A stretch of 64,000 nt of DNA from Octopus sinensis (lineage: Eukaryota), in the NCBI RefSeq assembly GCF_006345805.1, contig NC_043019.1:6013360-6077359 (forward strand). Reading direction: 5' to 3'. The notes beneath the pieces were generated by a model that saw only the letters and a list, made by a program, of their open reading frames with translations, was not told where the DNA came from and made no database searches. The first letter of the stretch is position 1; each line of letters opens with the position of its first letter. Both the position numbers and the translations under genes were made by a program. This document shows positions 1 through 11,779 of this stretch, in pieces.

Positions 1-586
1 ATCTCGCCGAAGAAGAAGCAGCTGCAGGAGACTAAGGAAAGATAGGCAAGTAGGGGTAAAGAGATCGATTTTTGAAGTACTTTGTAGATTTTTGGAAATG
101 ATGAGTGCCTCAAAAATATTGACACCTTACCAAACTTAGTCTGTGATGGAAACTGCAGTTTCCGTTTTCCTTTCGGAGAACTGGAAAGTTTAGGACCTGC
201 GAAAGGTTGCTGAACTTGTGGTTGTTTCATCATTGTAGTGCTTGTGGTCATCTTGTTTGATTTTTGCTGTTATTGACTTTGTTCTTGTAGTTGTTGTTTG
301 TTGCTTGGTTTAAGTATTTGGTCGCAACATTTTCTGATTTGTTTGACTTATGTTCCCATCCTTTTTGGTTTGGAGTGCCAAATTTTCCGTTTGCGCGCCT
401 GATTGCCTTATTTTCCTTTTTTACGGTATTCTATAAGAAATCCGGATGTTTTTCTACCGATCGCGGCCATTTCCTTATCCGAAAAATACGACTGAGTTCG
501 CGCTTGCTTTTTGTTTTCTTCTATCAATATTGCTTATGGTGTTCTTGACGCTGGTAGTGATGTAGGGAGAATTGTTCTCGATCCTT

Positions 587-790
587 TGTGTGTATGTGTG
601 TGTGTGTGTCTGTGTGTGTGCGTGTGTAAGTGTGCATGTGCGTGTGTGTGCGTGCGTGCGTGTATGTGTATGTGTGTGTACGTGCGTGTGTGTGTGTGTA
701 TGTGTGTCTTATAAATTATCCCGTCAATCCAGGCACGCTACAGTTGCGAGTATACATATCTACTCTACAGTACCTCACCAGGTATTCATA

Positions 791-836
<46 letters not shown>
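587..836. repeat. (GT)n-rich and (TA)n microsatellites
   Basis: Direct reading; source of the VC/CV and IY ORF artefacts. Confidence 0.95.
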
Positions 837-838
<2 letters not shown>

Positions 839-1114
839 ATCGATCAGATTTTCGCCAAATATTAAGTGTTTACGTTGTAGATTTCGATAAAAATGGAACG
901 TTAAGGGACGAAACTAAATATTCAGTCACACTTTCTTTCATCTGTATCTATAGACAATTTCTGTCGTTAGTTTCAACTTTCTCAACACAAGCAACGGAAG
1001 AACCTCTTCGCAGACGCCCAAACTGTAGAAAATAGGAGCTAAATCCTTTAAATTATGCCTTGCTGTCTTAAAGGAAGGAAATTTAGGTAAGATAAGTTCA
1101 GTTATCTGTAAAAC

Positions 1115-2321
1115 CTGAGAATTGTTATTGTGTAGTCAAACAATTAGGTTTCTTTTCCATCATGGCGATCGAACACATAAGAGGCAAGCTGTCAGTCGAA
1201 TAAAATGGGAATGTCTCGTGCAGTCCACTTTATATCAATATGCTTGAATTTTAAAAACGTGATTCGTGTTTGGCTTAACGATTTAGAGTTAAGCAAAACA
1301 ATCTTTTTTACCAAAGGCACAAGATCTGACATTTGGGGAAGGGGGCAGGTATTAGTCAATGTATGCCAGTGTTCAGTTTCTATTTATTTTATCGACCCTG
1401 AAAGGATTAAAGGCAAAGTCGACCTCGGCGGAGTTTGAACTCAGAACGTAAAGATAACCGAAATGGCGCTGACAACAACATACATTCCCACTTTTTTGAC
1501 ACCGTTGAGTGTTGCTTGGATGCCAAGCCACTTGCAGACAACTCAGTAGCTACACATTATACGGACTTCAAAAGCCAACGAAGATTCTTCTAAGTACACT
1601 CGACCTGACAGAAATAGCATCCAGATTTTTCCCGAATCTCACTTTTCAGCTTTAAAAAAAGAAAGAACTACAGTAAATAAAAGGACTGCTGAATCAAAAA
1701 TGACTAGCGGTTAAACAATAGCAATTATCTCCATGTATTTCCCCGCCAGGTCCATTATAGATATGAATACTGATTTGATTCGAAGAGACAGAAGACAGGA
1801 ATAGAGTAGGAAAACGGTTTAGACTATTGAGTTGACCTCTCTATCTTACATGTATTTACTCTATTAACATCGTAGATATGAATAGCAAAGTTGACGTCTG
1901 AACGATTTGTAGTAAAACTTTAGATAAACCACGCTCTATTATCTCAATAACAACTACATGATATCTGGTAATTGCTACAGAATGAAAACAGATATATTGC
2001 AATCAATTATTGGAACATCATATTGAAGTGGCTTTCCTACTGGAATTACAAAGTTCATGCTACTAATAACTGCAGTTACCGTGACTATTAACCTTAGATT
2101 TTCTGAACAGATTTCTCTTGAAACTAGAAACAAAAATCAGCGAGATGTTGTAATATTGCCACTTGATCACGAATCACGTTTTTAAAATTCAAGCATATTG
2201 ATATAAAGTGGACTGCACGAGACATTCCCATTTTATTCGACTGACAGCTTGCCTCTTATGTGTTCGATCGCCATGATGGAAAAGAAACCTAATTGTTTGA
2301 CTACACAATAACAGTTCTCAG
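1115..2321. repeat. 154-bp inverted repeat pair (1115-1268 / 2168-2321) around ~900 bp of older sequence
   Basis: Manual reverse-complement comparison gives 153/154 identity. Confidence 0.95.
1305..1470 (-). mobile_element. Decayed Meta-domain tRNA-SINE (family B)
   Basis: atcgaccctgaaaggattaaaggcaaagtcgacctcggcggagtttgaactcagaacg matches the other family B copies. Confidence 0.8.
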
Positions 2322-2475
2322 AATCTGAACATAAACAATGACCGTTTTACAAAAATAAAATTATAAAATCGGAAGAAACAATAAATTCAGTTAAATCCCT
2401 GAAGCGATTCTCAATGCTCTCCACTTAATACAATAGAAATAGTGTATTTTCTTGCAGTTTCAACCAAATTACCAC

Positions 2476-2890
2476 TCTCTTTTACTCTTCTAGTTGTTTC
2501 AGTCATTTGACTGCGGCCATGCTGGAGCACCGCCTTTAGTCGAGTAAATCGACCCCCAGGACTTATTCTTTGGAAGCCTAGTACTTATTCTATCAGTCTC
2601 TTTTGCTGAACCGCTAAGTTACGGGGAGGTAAACACACCATCATCGGTTGTCAAGCAAATGGTGGGGGGACAAACACAGACACACAAACATATATACACA
2701 CACAAATATATATATATACATATATACGACGGGCTTCTTCCAGTTTCCGTCTACCAAATCCACTCACAAGGCTTTGGTCGGCCTGAGGCTATAGTAGAAG
2801 AAACTTGCCCAAGGTGCCACGCAGTGGGAATGAACCCAGAACCATGTGGTTTGTAAGCAAGCTACTTACCACACAAACACTCCTGCGCCT
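2476..2890 (-). mobile_element. CORE-type tRNA-SINE (family A)
   Basis: tRNA-like head, CORE-like ggcaccttgggcaag, internal (CA/TA)n and ...gactgaaacaagtaaaagag tail, all on the minus strand. Confidence 0.9.
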
Positions 2891-2894
2891 ATTA

Positions 2895-3254
2895 TCTCTA
2901 TATATATAAACGGCAAAATGTCTGTGTGTGTGTCTTTTATACAAATCCACAATTTTTCAGTTAGAGGGCTTGCACTTTCTATGGTCATTCAAAATCGTCC
3001 AAGAGTGGTCGTGCATATCTTTACATTTAGTCACCCTGCAAAGCCATTAAAAAGTTAATAGAAGTGACTTTTTTGTGAATTTTCTATCCAAAATCCAATC
3101 AAAATGCCCGAAACTTGATACGCCAATTAAAAGCCAGCTAGCTGTAAGTGATTGGTCAGAGATTTGGACAGTACTCGCGTGTATGTGTGCATGTACGCAG
3201 CTGTATATGCATGCACTAGCACTATGACCCAGCGATGCCGGGTCATAGTGCTAG
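2895..3254 (+). mobile_element. Non-autonomous Helitron
   Basis: A|TC 5' end; subterminal hairpin cccagcgatgccggg followed by CTAG|T. Confidence 0.75.
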
Positions 3255-4538
3255 TATACGTATAAATTTGTTTATTTCCACATTAATTCGTTTTCTGTTT
3301 TCTGCGTTAAGTAGGATGGATTGAACACAGTCCTGAAATCTAAAAGCCACCCGTCAGTTTCTGATTACCCATTTACCTGAAATTGGATGTATAATTAATA
3401 AGAGAGGCACATGCGCCGCTATTATATTGCCTCAGTCATACCAATGCTGATACATAAAACACTGAGAGTCGGAAAGGACGGATTAACACGCCTCGGGATT
3501 ATTTAAAATCCTAGTGCAACTCCTGCAACAATCGATACGACTTTTCGCTCTGTCGGTACCAAAACGACCATACCAGTTATACACTGAGATCTATTCCGTC
3601 AACTATAAACATTTCTCTACAGACGACTCTACTTGTATCTTAATAAAAATGGTGATGGGTTGGCAATAGCAACACAACGTTGGACTAAATATTTTAGCTT
3701 ATCACAACTAAGACAATGGCTGTAGAAGAGAGGGTATGGAGTAGAAAAATATTGGTTACATTTTATTATTTATATTAGAAATTATTAAAGAAACCAATTA
3801 AGCAGATTCCATTATAATCCAATACATTAATTTAATTTTTATATATTGGAAATAATTCTATGATTATATTTAAATGAAGTCTTTTCCCGTATAATATTGT
3901 CATTATAATTCAAGGTGTAAATATATCAATTTTGAATCTATATTCAAAAGCACCATTCAGACAAGTTGTTAATTATTGCATTGCAGTTGCTAATGGTGTA
4001 AACTAGGCCATTGATTAATTTGTCTGCTCATTGATTTTGCAATTATTAAAATAGCACCGAGAGATCTCCGTGAAAAAGTTGTAGTACAAGAGGATATAGA
4101 TTATAGGAAGGCAATCGGGCATACTTCACATGGATCAAATCAAGTTGAAAATATATAGAAACATAAAAACGTAACGGAAGAATAACCTTCAGTGAAATCT
4201 GACCGAGGATCTTTCTTTAGAAACCCCTACCACAAAATCCTTCATTAAATTCCAAACCCTCTGTCATCTTAATTAAGGTTAGCTATGACATTAAGAAGTC
4301 TACAGTTAGATGCTCAGTTGGGGGACTGTAGCATCATTGATTACTGATTTTCAGTGGAAAAAATCTCTGGTTCACTGCATTTGTAATAATGAAAGTGACA
4401 AGGAAATATACGTAACTGAGTGTAGGCAAAATATCACTTGGCCCTCCTCTGAGAAGCGCTGGCTTTTGTGTTTCCTCGCTTTTGTGTCTCCATCCTTTGT
4501 CAATATATATCGACGATAGTATACATATACACACACTT

Positions 4539-4696
4539 GCAGGCGTGGTTGTGTGGTAAAACGTTCGCTTTCCACTCACATGGTTCTGGGTTCAGTTTCA
4601 CTGCGTGATGCTTGGGCATGTGCCTTCTACTATACCCTACAGCCGACCAAAACCCTGAGTGGTTTGAGGATCAGAAACTGAAAGAAGCCTATCGTT

Positions 4697-4738
<42 letters not shown>

Positions 4739-4957
4739 TGTGTGTCTGTGTGTGTGTGTGTGTGCGTGCGCGCGTTTGTGTGTGTGTCTTTGTGTCTGTG
4801 TTTGTCCTCTACCACCGCTTGACAACTGGTGTTGGTCCCTGTAACTTAGCGACAAAAGGAACCGATAGAATGGGGTCGATTCGTTCGACTAAAATTCTTC
4901 AAGGCAGTGCCCCACCCTGGCCTAGGTCTAATGACTGAAACAAGTAAGCGATAAAAG
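4539..4957 (+). mobile_element. CORE-type tRNA-SINE (family A), diverged
   Basis: Same head/body/tail layout as the other family A copies. Confidence 0.85.
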
Positions 4958-5239
4958 TCCCACGAACTATGTTATTCTCTCAGATTTTATTATCAAGCAG
5001 CAAGTTAAAAGAAAGCTACATATATACATCTTGATAGACACACAAGAGCGTACCTTCGACCGACAAAACAACAGCTACAAGTAGCTGTTACTTCCGTTGC
5101 GAGGTAAAGCGTACAGGTTTATACATGTAGTTTTTCAAGAATGAGAACGAAGCAAGAATAGGGACTGAATAAGTACAACACACCCAGTCACCCATACAGC
5201 AATTAAGACTGTTAAACATGAGTGCCGAGGTCAAGTATT

Positions 5240-5465
5240 ACTCTTTACTCTTTTACTCTTTTACTTGTTTCAGTCATTTGACTGCGGCCATGCTGGAGCA
5301 CCGCCTTTAGTCGAGCAACTCGACCCCGGGACTTATTCTTTTGTAAGCCCAGTACTTATTCTATCGGTCTCTTTTGCCGAACGCTAAGTAACGGGGACAT
5401 AAACACACCAGCATGGTTGTCAAGCAATGCTAGGGGGACAAACACAGACACACAAACACACACAC

Positions 5466-5496
<31 letters not shown>

Positions 5497-5689
5497 CATA
5501 TATATATATATATATATACATATATACGACGGGCTTCTTTCAGTTTCCGTCTACCAAATCCACTCACAAGGCTCTGGTCGGCCCGAGGCTATAGTAGAAG
5601 ACACTTGCCAAAGGTGCCACGCAGTGGGACTGAACCCGGAGCCATGTGGTTGGTAAACAAGCTACTTACCACACAGCCACTCCTGAGCC

Positions 5690-5690
<1 letters not shown>
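5240..5690 (-). mobile_element. CORE-type tRNA-SINE (family A)
   Basis: Full-length match to the other copies. Confidence 0.9.
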
Positions 5691-5952
<262 letters not shown>

Positions 5953-5986
5953 TGCTTTATTTAAAAGCAGCAGAAATTTAACAAAG

Positions 5987-6024
5987 CTGTTACTCGGAGT
6001 TTCACGTTCCCGTTCGTCGGACAG
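5987..6024 (-). ncRNA. Minimal type-I hammerhead ribozyme motif (U4C variant, GUA site)
   Basis: Minus strand CTGT-CCGACGA-ACG GGAA CGT-GAAAC-TCCGA-GTA-ACAG; stems I, II and III all pair. Confidence 0.7.
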
Positions 6025-6268
6025 TTTTGTTAAAATGGAACCGAGATGACAATTCGATGCAAACTAGCAGAAACGATAGACCTTTAAAAATGGATTTGTT
6101 TGATTGGTCCTTTCAAATAATGGTCATATGCGAGCGATAAACAAAAATAAACAAAACAAAATAAATGAGTTCAATATAAAATTATAAAAATCGAGGAAAA
6201 AACCTTAAATGGAAGATTTGATTCAAATACATATAGTAATTAATGATGTAGTTTATGTGTTTACTCCG

Positions 6269-6281
6269 GTATATATATATA

Positions 6282-6344
<63 letters not shown>

Positions 6345-6419
6345 CATACATCCATACATACATACATACATACATACATACATACATACATACATACATA
6401 AATACATACATACATATAT
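6269..6419. repeat. (TA)n + (CATA)n microsatellite
   Basis: Direct reading. Confidence 0.95.
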
Positions 6420-6730
6420 GCGGTTCCGAAAATCACCACCCAGACATTCCGCCAGCCTACCTACCATAACAAGCAGCAACAAACAGTATCGCTCCATCGT
6501 TTTGTCATGGGCGAAGTGATAAGGAGAAGCAAACTGTCCAGACTATCAGAGAAAATGCGAAGAGGAGGAAATCGGAAAACAAAAATGTGAAGGGCCCTCT
6601 TAGAATAATAATGGTGACGACGTCGCGAGAAATAGAAAGAACTGAAATTCACAATTATCCAAACGTTAACCCTCTCACATTATGATCACCACCACCATCA
6701 TCATCATCATTATTTTGTATAAGTGTCAAA

Positions 6731-7115
6731 GGAGGCGCAATGGCCCAGTGGTTAGGGCAGCGGACTCGCGGTCGTAGGATCGTGGTTTCGATTCCCAGAC
6801 CGGGCGTTGTGAGTGTTTATTGCGCGAAAACACATAAAGCTCCACGAGGCTCCGGCAGGGGATGGTGGTGATCCCTGCTGCACTCTTTCGCCACAACTTT
6901 CTCTCACTCTTACTTCCTGTTTCTGTTGTACCTGTATTTCAAGAGGCCGGCTTTGTCACTCTCTGTGTCACGCTGAATATCCCCGAGAACTACGTTAAGG
7001 GTACACGTGTCTGTGGAGTGCTCAGCCACTTACACGTTAATTTCACGAGCAGGCTGTTCCGTTGATCGGATCAATCGGAACCCTCGTCGTTGTAACCGAC
7101 GGAGTGCTTCCATCC
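6731..7115 (+). mobile_element. tRNA(Arg-like)-head SINE (family C, tail type i)
   Basis: A box tggcccagtgg, B box gtttcgattc; 12-bp TSD ataagtgtcaaa (6719-6730 / 7116-7127). Confidence 0.92.
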
Positions 7116-7241
7116 ATAAGTGTCAAAATCATTAGAGATAGCAATTTTCGTTTTAGCTTTAACAGTTGCAGCATCGCCAACAAATGGTGTAGACAGCTTT
7201 TTAATTCGGTCTGACACCGTGTCAATATATAACACTTTTTA

Positions 7242-7458
7242 AGGCGGCGAGTTGGCAGAATCGTTGGCACGCCGGGCAAAACGCTTAGTGACATTTCGTC
7301 CGTCTTCATGTTCTGAGTTCAAATTCTGCCGAGGTCGATTTTGCCTTTCATCCTTTTCGGGGTCGATAAAATAAGTGCCAGTTGAACACTGGGATCAATG
7401 TAATCGACTTAGCCCCTCCCTGAAACCTGCCGATCTTGTGCCAAAGTTTGAAACCAAT
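7242..7458 (+). mobile_element. Meta-domain tRNA-SINE (family B)
   Basis: aggcggcgagttggcagaatcg head and gcctttcatccttttcggggtcgataaa Meta-like domain. Confidence 0.88.
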
Positions 7459-8441
7459 ATATAGCATTTTAGGGCTATGTATCTCCTATCACTACTCTCA
7501 GCTCCACTCGAAGTCGTAGGTGTTCAAAAACTGGAGTAGAATTCTGTTTGACATGTATCACATTTCGTAGGAGTCCTTCACTACACCAGGCTAAAAGTTT
7601 CATTGAAAGTTGTCTTATAATCTATATTTCGTTACAAATTCAAGGAACCATAATATATGGGTTGGTTGATTCTCGTATATTTATCAGTGAAAAGTGGTAA
7701 AGCAAGTATTGTAAAAAGAATTTCTAAATTACTGTGCGACTGATGTGCTTTTATTAACACCAAAGCATTGCTTTGATGGTAAGTATTTTGCCGCATAAAA
7801 TATATTTTATAGACTGTTTATAGTTTTTGAGGGATGTTACTCGCCAAATGGTCTGATGATGCTCTTCTGCATTTATGGTCGATATATTCAACACAAACTA
7901 GCCCAGTTTACTTAACTGTAAGCAGCACAAGGATGTACAGTATACTGCTGCAACGCCTCCGCTACCACCTCCAGAGACCCATATATCCCGTACATAGCTT
8001 CAAGTTCCATAACGTTAAAGGTGTGAGAGATAGATTCTCAGCTATTACATGTAAATGAACTTGGTATTAGGAAACAACGAACTATTTGTTAATTCCGCAG
8101 AACTTCTGCCTTTGGTAATGCTTTGTACTAAACAGTTGTAATAATTTGTCCATTGAAGTGAAAGCTGAGCGTCTTGTAAAAGATGCTGCATCATGTCTAT
8201 GGCCAAAATATGGAGCATTAATCTTTTGACCAGTTGACCGACACCCTATCTTCGTTAAAACCCAAGGAAACACTAAATATTTCAGTAGTATTGACTTGTA
8301 GGTATATACACGACCGTACGTAAGGAGTTGGTGACAAATGTCTCCTTTTGAACGCCGCACGATCGTCCCTAACATAATAAGAAGCCATATACATGGAATA
8401 CAGTGCCAAAAGATATAATGAAGGACGACAAGCCGTTCTAC

Positions 8442-9343
8442 TGTTTGAGAGAGAAGAAGATTTTATTTACAAAGTGTACAAAGTGAAAGTGTTGTGAGTG
8501 CTAGCTAAGTGTTGTGTATGAATGCGTGTGCATAGTATTTGTGTCTGTGTGTTCGTGTGTGCGACAGAAGGTACAGACAAAGGTGTATACATATACAACA
8601 GAAATACAGAGCATAAGATAAGTCTCAACATATTGAGTTAAGATAGAGTTAGTTTACCAGTTCATGAGGTACACAATAGTAAGTTCTATAACAAGATGTT
8701 GTGGGTCAAGTGGCAGAACCGGTTACTACCCGTGTAGACGTTGTGGCTATCATGCCGTGCCGAGTCTCTTGATATAGATAGTTCTTTCAGATAGACTGAC
8801 TGTTTCTTGTCAGTGAAAGATTCATACAAACAGCGTGGAGTTAAACCTGGTCTGGTGTTGATGTGTTCATGTTGTTGAAGTCGACGGAGATAGAGACGAC
8901 AATGGTGATGACGGCGGCGGAGATAGAAAACGTTCTGTCTGTCGCTGGTATATAATAGCGTCTTCCTAGCTGGAGCATTAGCATGGTTGGCTGGCTGGTC
9001 GTCTGTCACTGGAACTGGAGCATGGCTGAGTAGCTCTGTGGTCAGTGACTAGACTTTAAAAGGTCTAAAGCCGAAAGACGGAGAATAGTGAAAGCAGGCT
9101 TATTTAAAGGGTTAAAATGGCTCAAAGAAGGGCATCTGAAACACAGTGTCACGAGACCTTATCTAAAGGCCATGATTGGTTGGCTTACGCACTGGCATTT
9201 GGCGCGGTTTGTCTCTCTACTTATTGTAGAGAGACAAACCGCGCCAAATGCCAACCAATCAGAGCAGTGGACACAACAGGGTCAAACTAGCCAGAGATGG
9301 TTGTAATCTCAAACGAGATCTTTCTTATTGTGTCTCTCAAACA
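8442..9343 (-). mobile_element. Probable solo LTR (~900 bp)
   Basis: TG...CA ends with inverted termini tgtttgagaga/tctctcaaaca; on the minus strand CCAAT and TTTAAATAA motifs come first and AATAAA lies near the 3' end; no TSD found. Confidence 0.55.
9193..9253. repeat. Perfect 28-bp hairpin with 5-nt loop
   Basis: tggcatttggcgcggtttgtctctctac TTATT gtagagagacaaaccgcgccaaatgcca. Confidence 0.97.
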
Positions 9344-10117
9344 GTGAGGATATCAGATACGCTACAAACTTAAAAGTATCAATCACTAATCAATCATTTG
9401 ATGGATCAATCATCAATCAATAATGTTGAAGAATTGCAATAAAATTATTTGATTGATTTTCATTCAATCTTAAGTCGCGGTTAATCAGTAGACCGACAAA
9501 TGATTTTACTCAGTCTCGGTAGATCATTTAATAAAGTTTATGACGCCAATGGAACTCTTGTCTATTACAAAGTACTCGCACTGCTTAGATTGATAAAATT
9601 ATATTTCCGCCATGCATAAAGGCAAATAGTGCAAGATGTGTGTAAGAGAGAAAGATCGCGGAGAAGGCGAAGAAAGCGAGGAAGGATGAATGCGGTAGAT
9701 GCAGCAGCAAAGAGATAGGCGTGGTGGGCAGAGAGACAGCTCGACAGAGAGAAAGAAAAGAGATAACAAAAAAATAATAGCGAAGGGAAATGTAATACGA
9801 AAGCGACATTTTGTGTTCCTAGACCAGGATATTGAACATTTCCTGATCCGAAGATTTGATGATCAGCAGAAATGTAACTGCGATCCACCGAACCAACCGG
9901 AAAAGTAGCCAGTGAATTAATGTTTCTATCAAATCAAGTCGACGTGAAATCGTTGTTTGCCACAAATACAAAGTTGGTGGACGACGTGCTTTATGCACAC
10001 ATTAAACCCATTAATTAGCCTCGATTGTCAGCGGCAGATTATGTGTTTAAGAAACAAAAATTAGTTTTGCATTGCTTATATTCGTTGAGAGAATTTTGAT
10101 GCAATCTCTCGAAGACA

Positions 10118-10152
<35 letters not shown>

Positions 10153-10182
10153 TACCACACACATATACACACACTCACTACC

Positions 10183-10405
10183 TATTTCTTTATTACCCAC
10201 AAGGGGCTAAACACAGAGGGGACAAACAAGGACAGACATAGGTATTAAGTCGATTGCATCGACCCCAGTGCGTAACTGGTACTTAATTTATCGACCCCGA
10301 AAGGATGAAAGGCAAAGTCGACCTCGGCGGAATTTGAACTCACAACGTAACGCAGACGAAATACCGCTAAGCATTTCGCCCGGCGTGCTAACGTTTCTGC
10401 CAGCT
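10183..10405 (-). mobile_element. Meta-domain SINE (family B) with Tx1-like 3' tail
   Basis: Tail ...tttgtcccctctgtgtttagccccttgtgggtaataaagaaata; 9-bp TSD ctcactacc. Confidence 0.9.
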
Positions 10406-10432
10406 CTCACTACCACACACATAAAATGTGTA

Positions 10433-10842
10433 TACTCTCTTTTACTTGTTTCAATCATTTGACTGCGGCCATGCTGGAGCACCGCCTTTAATCGAGCAAC
10501 TCGATCCCGGGACTTATTCTTTTGTAAGCCCAGTACTTATTCTATCGGTCTCTTTTGCCGAACCGCTAAGTAACGGGGACATAAACACACCAGCATCGGT
10601 TGTCAAGCAATGCTAGGGGGACAAACACAGACACACAAACACATACACATACATACATATATACATATATACGACAGGCTTCTTTCAGTTTCCGTCTACC
10701 AAATCCACTCACAAGGCTTTGGTCGGCCCGAGGCTATAGTAGAAGACACTTGCCCAAGGTGCCACGCAGTGGGACTGAACCCGGAACCCGGAACCATGTG
10801 GTCGGTAAACAAGCTACTTACCACACAGCCACCCCTGCGCCT
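10433..10842 (-). mobile_element. CORE-type tRNA-SINE (family A)
   Basis: Full-length match to the family. Confidence 0.9.
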
Positions 10843-10886
10843 CCTGTATACGTATATATATACATATATATATAAATGTAAATTGC

Positions 10887-10956
<70 letters not shown>

Positions 10957-10958
<2 letters not shown>

Positions 10959-11260
10959 AGGCGCAATGGCCCAGTGGTTTGGGCAGCGGACTCGCGTCTG
11001 TAGGGTCGCGGTTTCGATTCCCAGACCGGGCGTTGCGAGTGTTTATTGAGCGAAAACACCTAAGCTTTAGGTGTTCGGCAGGGGGGGGTCGATCCCTGCT
11101 GTTTTTCTTTCGCCACAACTTTCTCTCACTCTTTACTCTGTTGGCCCGCTCGCTTAGCCAGCGGTGTGGCATCATTTGAAGACTAAATCAATGCGAAGCG
11201 CATTGTAACCAGCGATGTGTAACAACATCTGATGGCTTGGTCGGTCACGGGATCACGTGA

Positions 11261-11264
<4 letters not shown>
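10957..11264 (+). mobile_element. tRNA(Arg-like)-head SINE (family C, tail type ii)
   Basis: Same head as 6731; tail ...ggtcacgggatcacgtgatcac runs into (AT)n. Confidence 0.88.
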
Positions 11265-11295
<31 letters not shown>

Positions 11296-11314
11296 CATAT
11301 ATATATTATATATA

Positions 11315-11375
<61 letters not shown>

Positions 11376-11507
11376 AAAATAGTAAAGTGTGAAAAAACGA
11401 CAGAAGGCTTAAATGTTAAAAAATATATATATTTGTGTCAAAATGTCTGGAGAATATTGGAAAAATATTTTTCCTTTCCTTAAAATGACATAATTTTAAA
11501 ATTTTTA

Positions 11508-11547
11508 AAGAAACTACCGGTTTCGCGTGTAGCTTTTCAAATTTCTT
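11508..11547 (-). ncRNA. Decayed hammerhead motif
   Basis: AAGAAAT-TTGAAAA-GC TACAC GC-GAAAC-CG-GTA-GTTTCTT: 7-bp stem I and palindromic stem III, core has C3U and G8A changes. Confidence 0.5.
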
Positions 11548-11779
11548 GTGACGTTATGTTTATATTGCATGGAGTTATCGTTGTGTTTATTTTCAGGAGA
11601 TTTCTAAATAAGGGGAGGTATTGAGTGATTTCTTCCGGTGTAAGGGAGATAATCGCTTAAAAATTTTTTTTAACAGATTGCATTCCCAGAATATAGAATG
11701 ATACCTTTTAGTGAGCACATATATTCACCCACGTGCTTTACCAAACAAACTTTCTTATCTATATATATATATATATATG

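Noticed and set aside
145-182. ggaaactgcagtttcc palindrome resembling a stem III
   Set aside because: No intact CUGANGA and no stem I pairing on either strand
3462-3484. ctgaga-gtc ggaaag gac-ggat hammerhead-like motif
   Set aside because: Lacks N7 and the GAAA strand; no stems I or III
6731-6810. tRNA-Arg-like sequences at SINE heads
   Set aside because: A/B boxes are present, but they continue into SINE bodies with TSDs; not tRNA genes
7830-8410. GC-balanced stretch with short ORFs
   Set aside because: No motif I can recognise; stops in all frames
9430-10080. Non-repetitive segment that could be regulatory or a UTR
   Set aside because: Nothing in the sequence alone distinguishes it from neutral unique DNA; needs conservation or chromatin data
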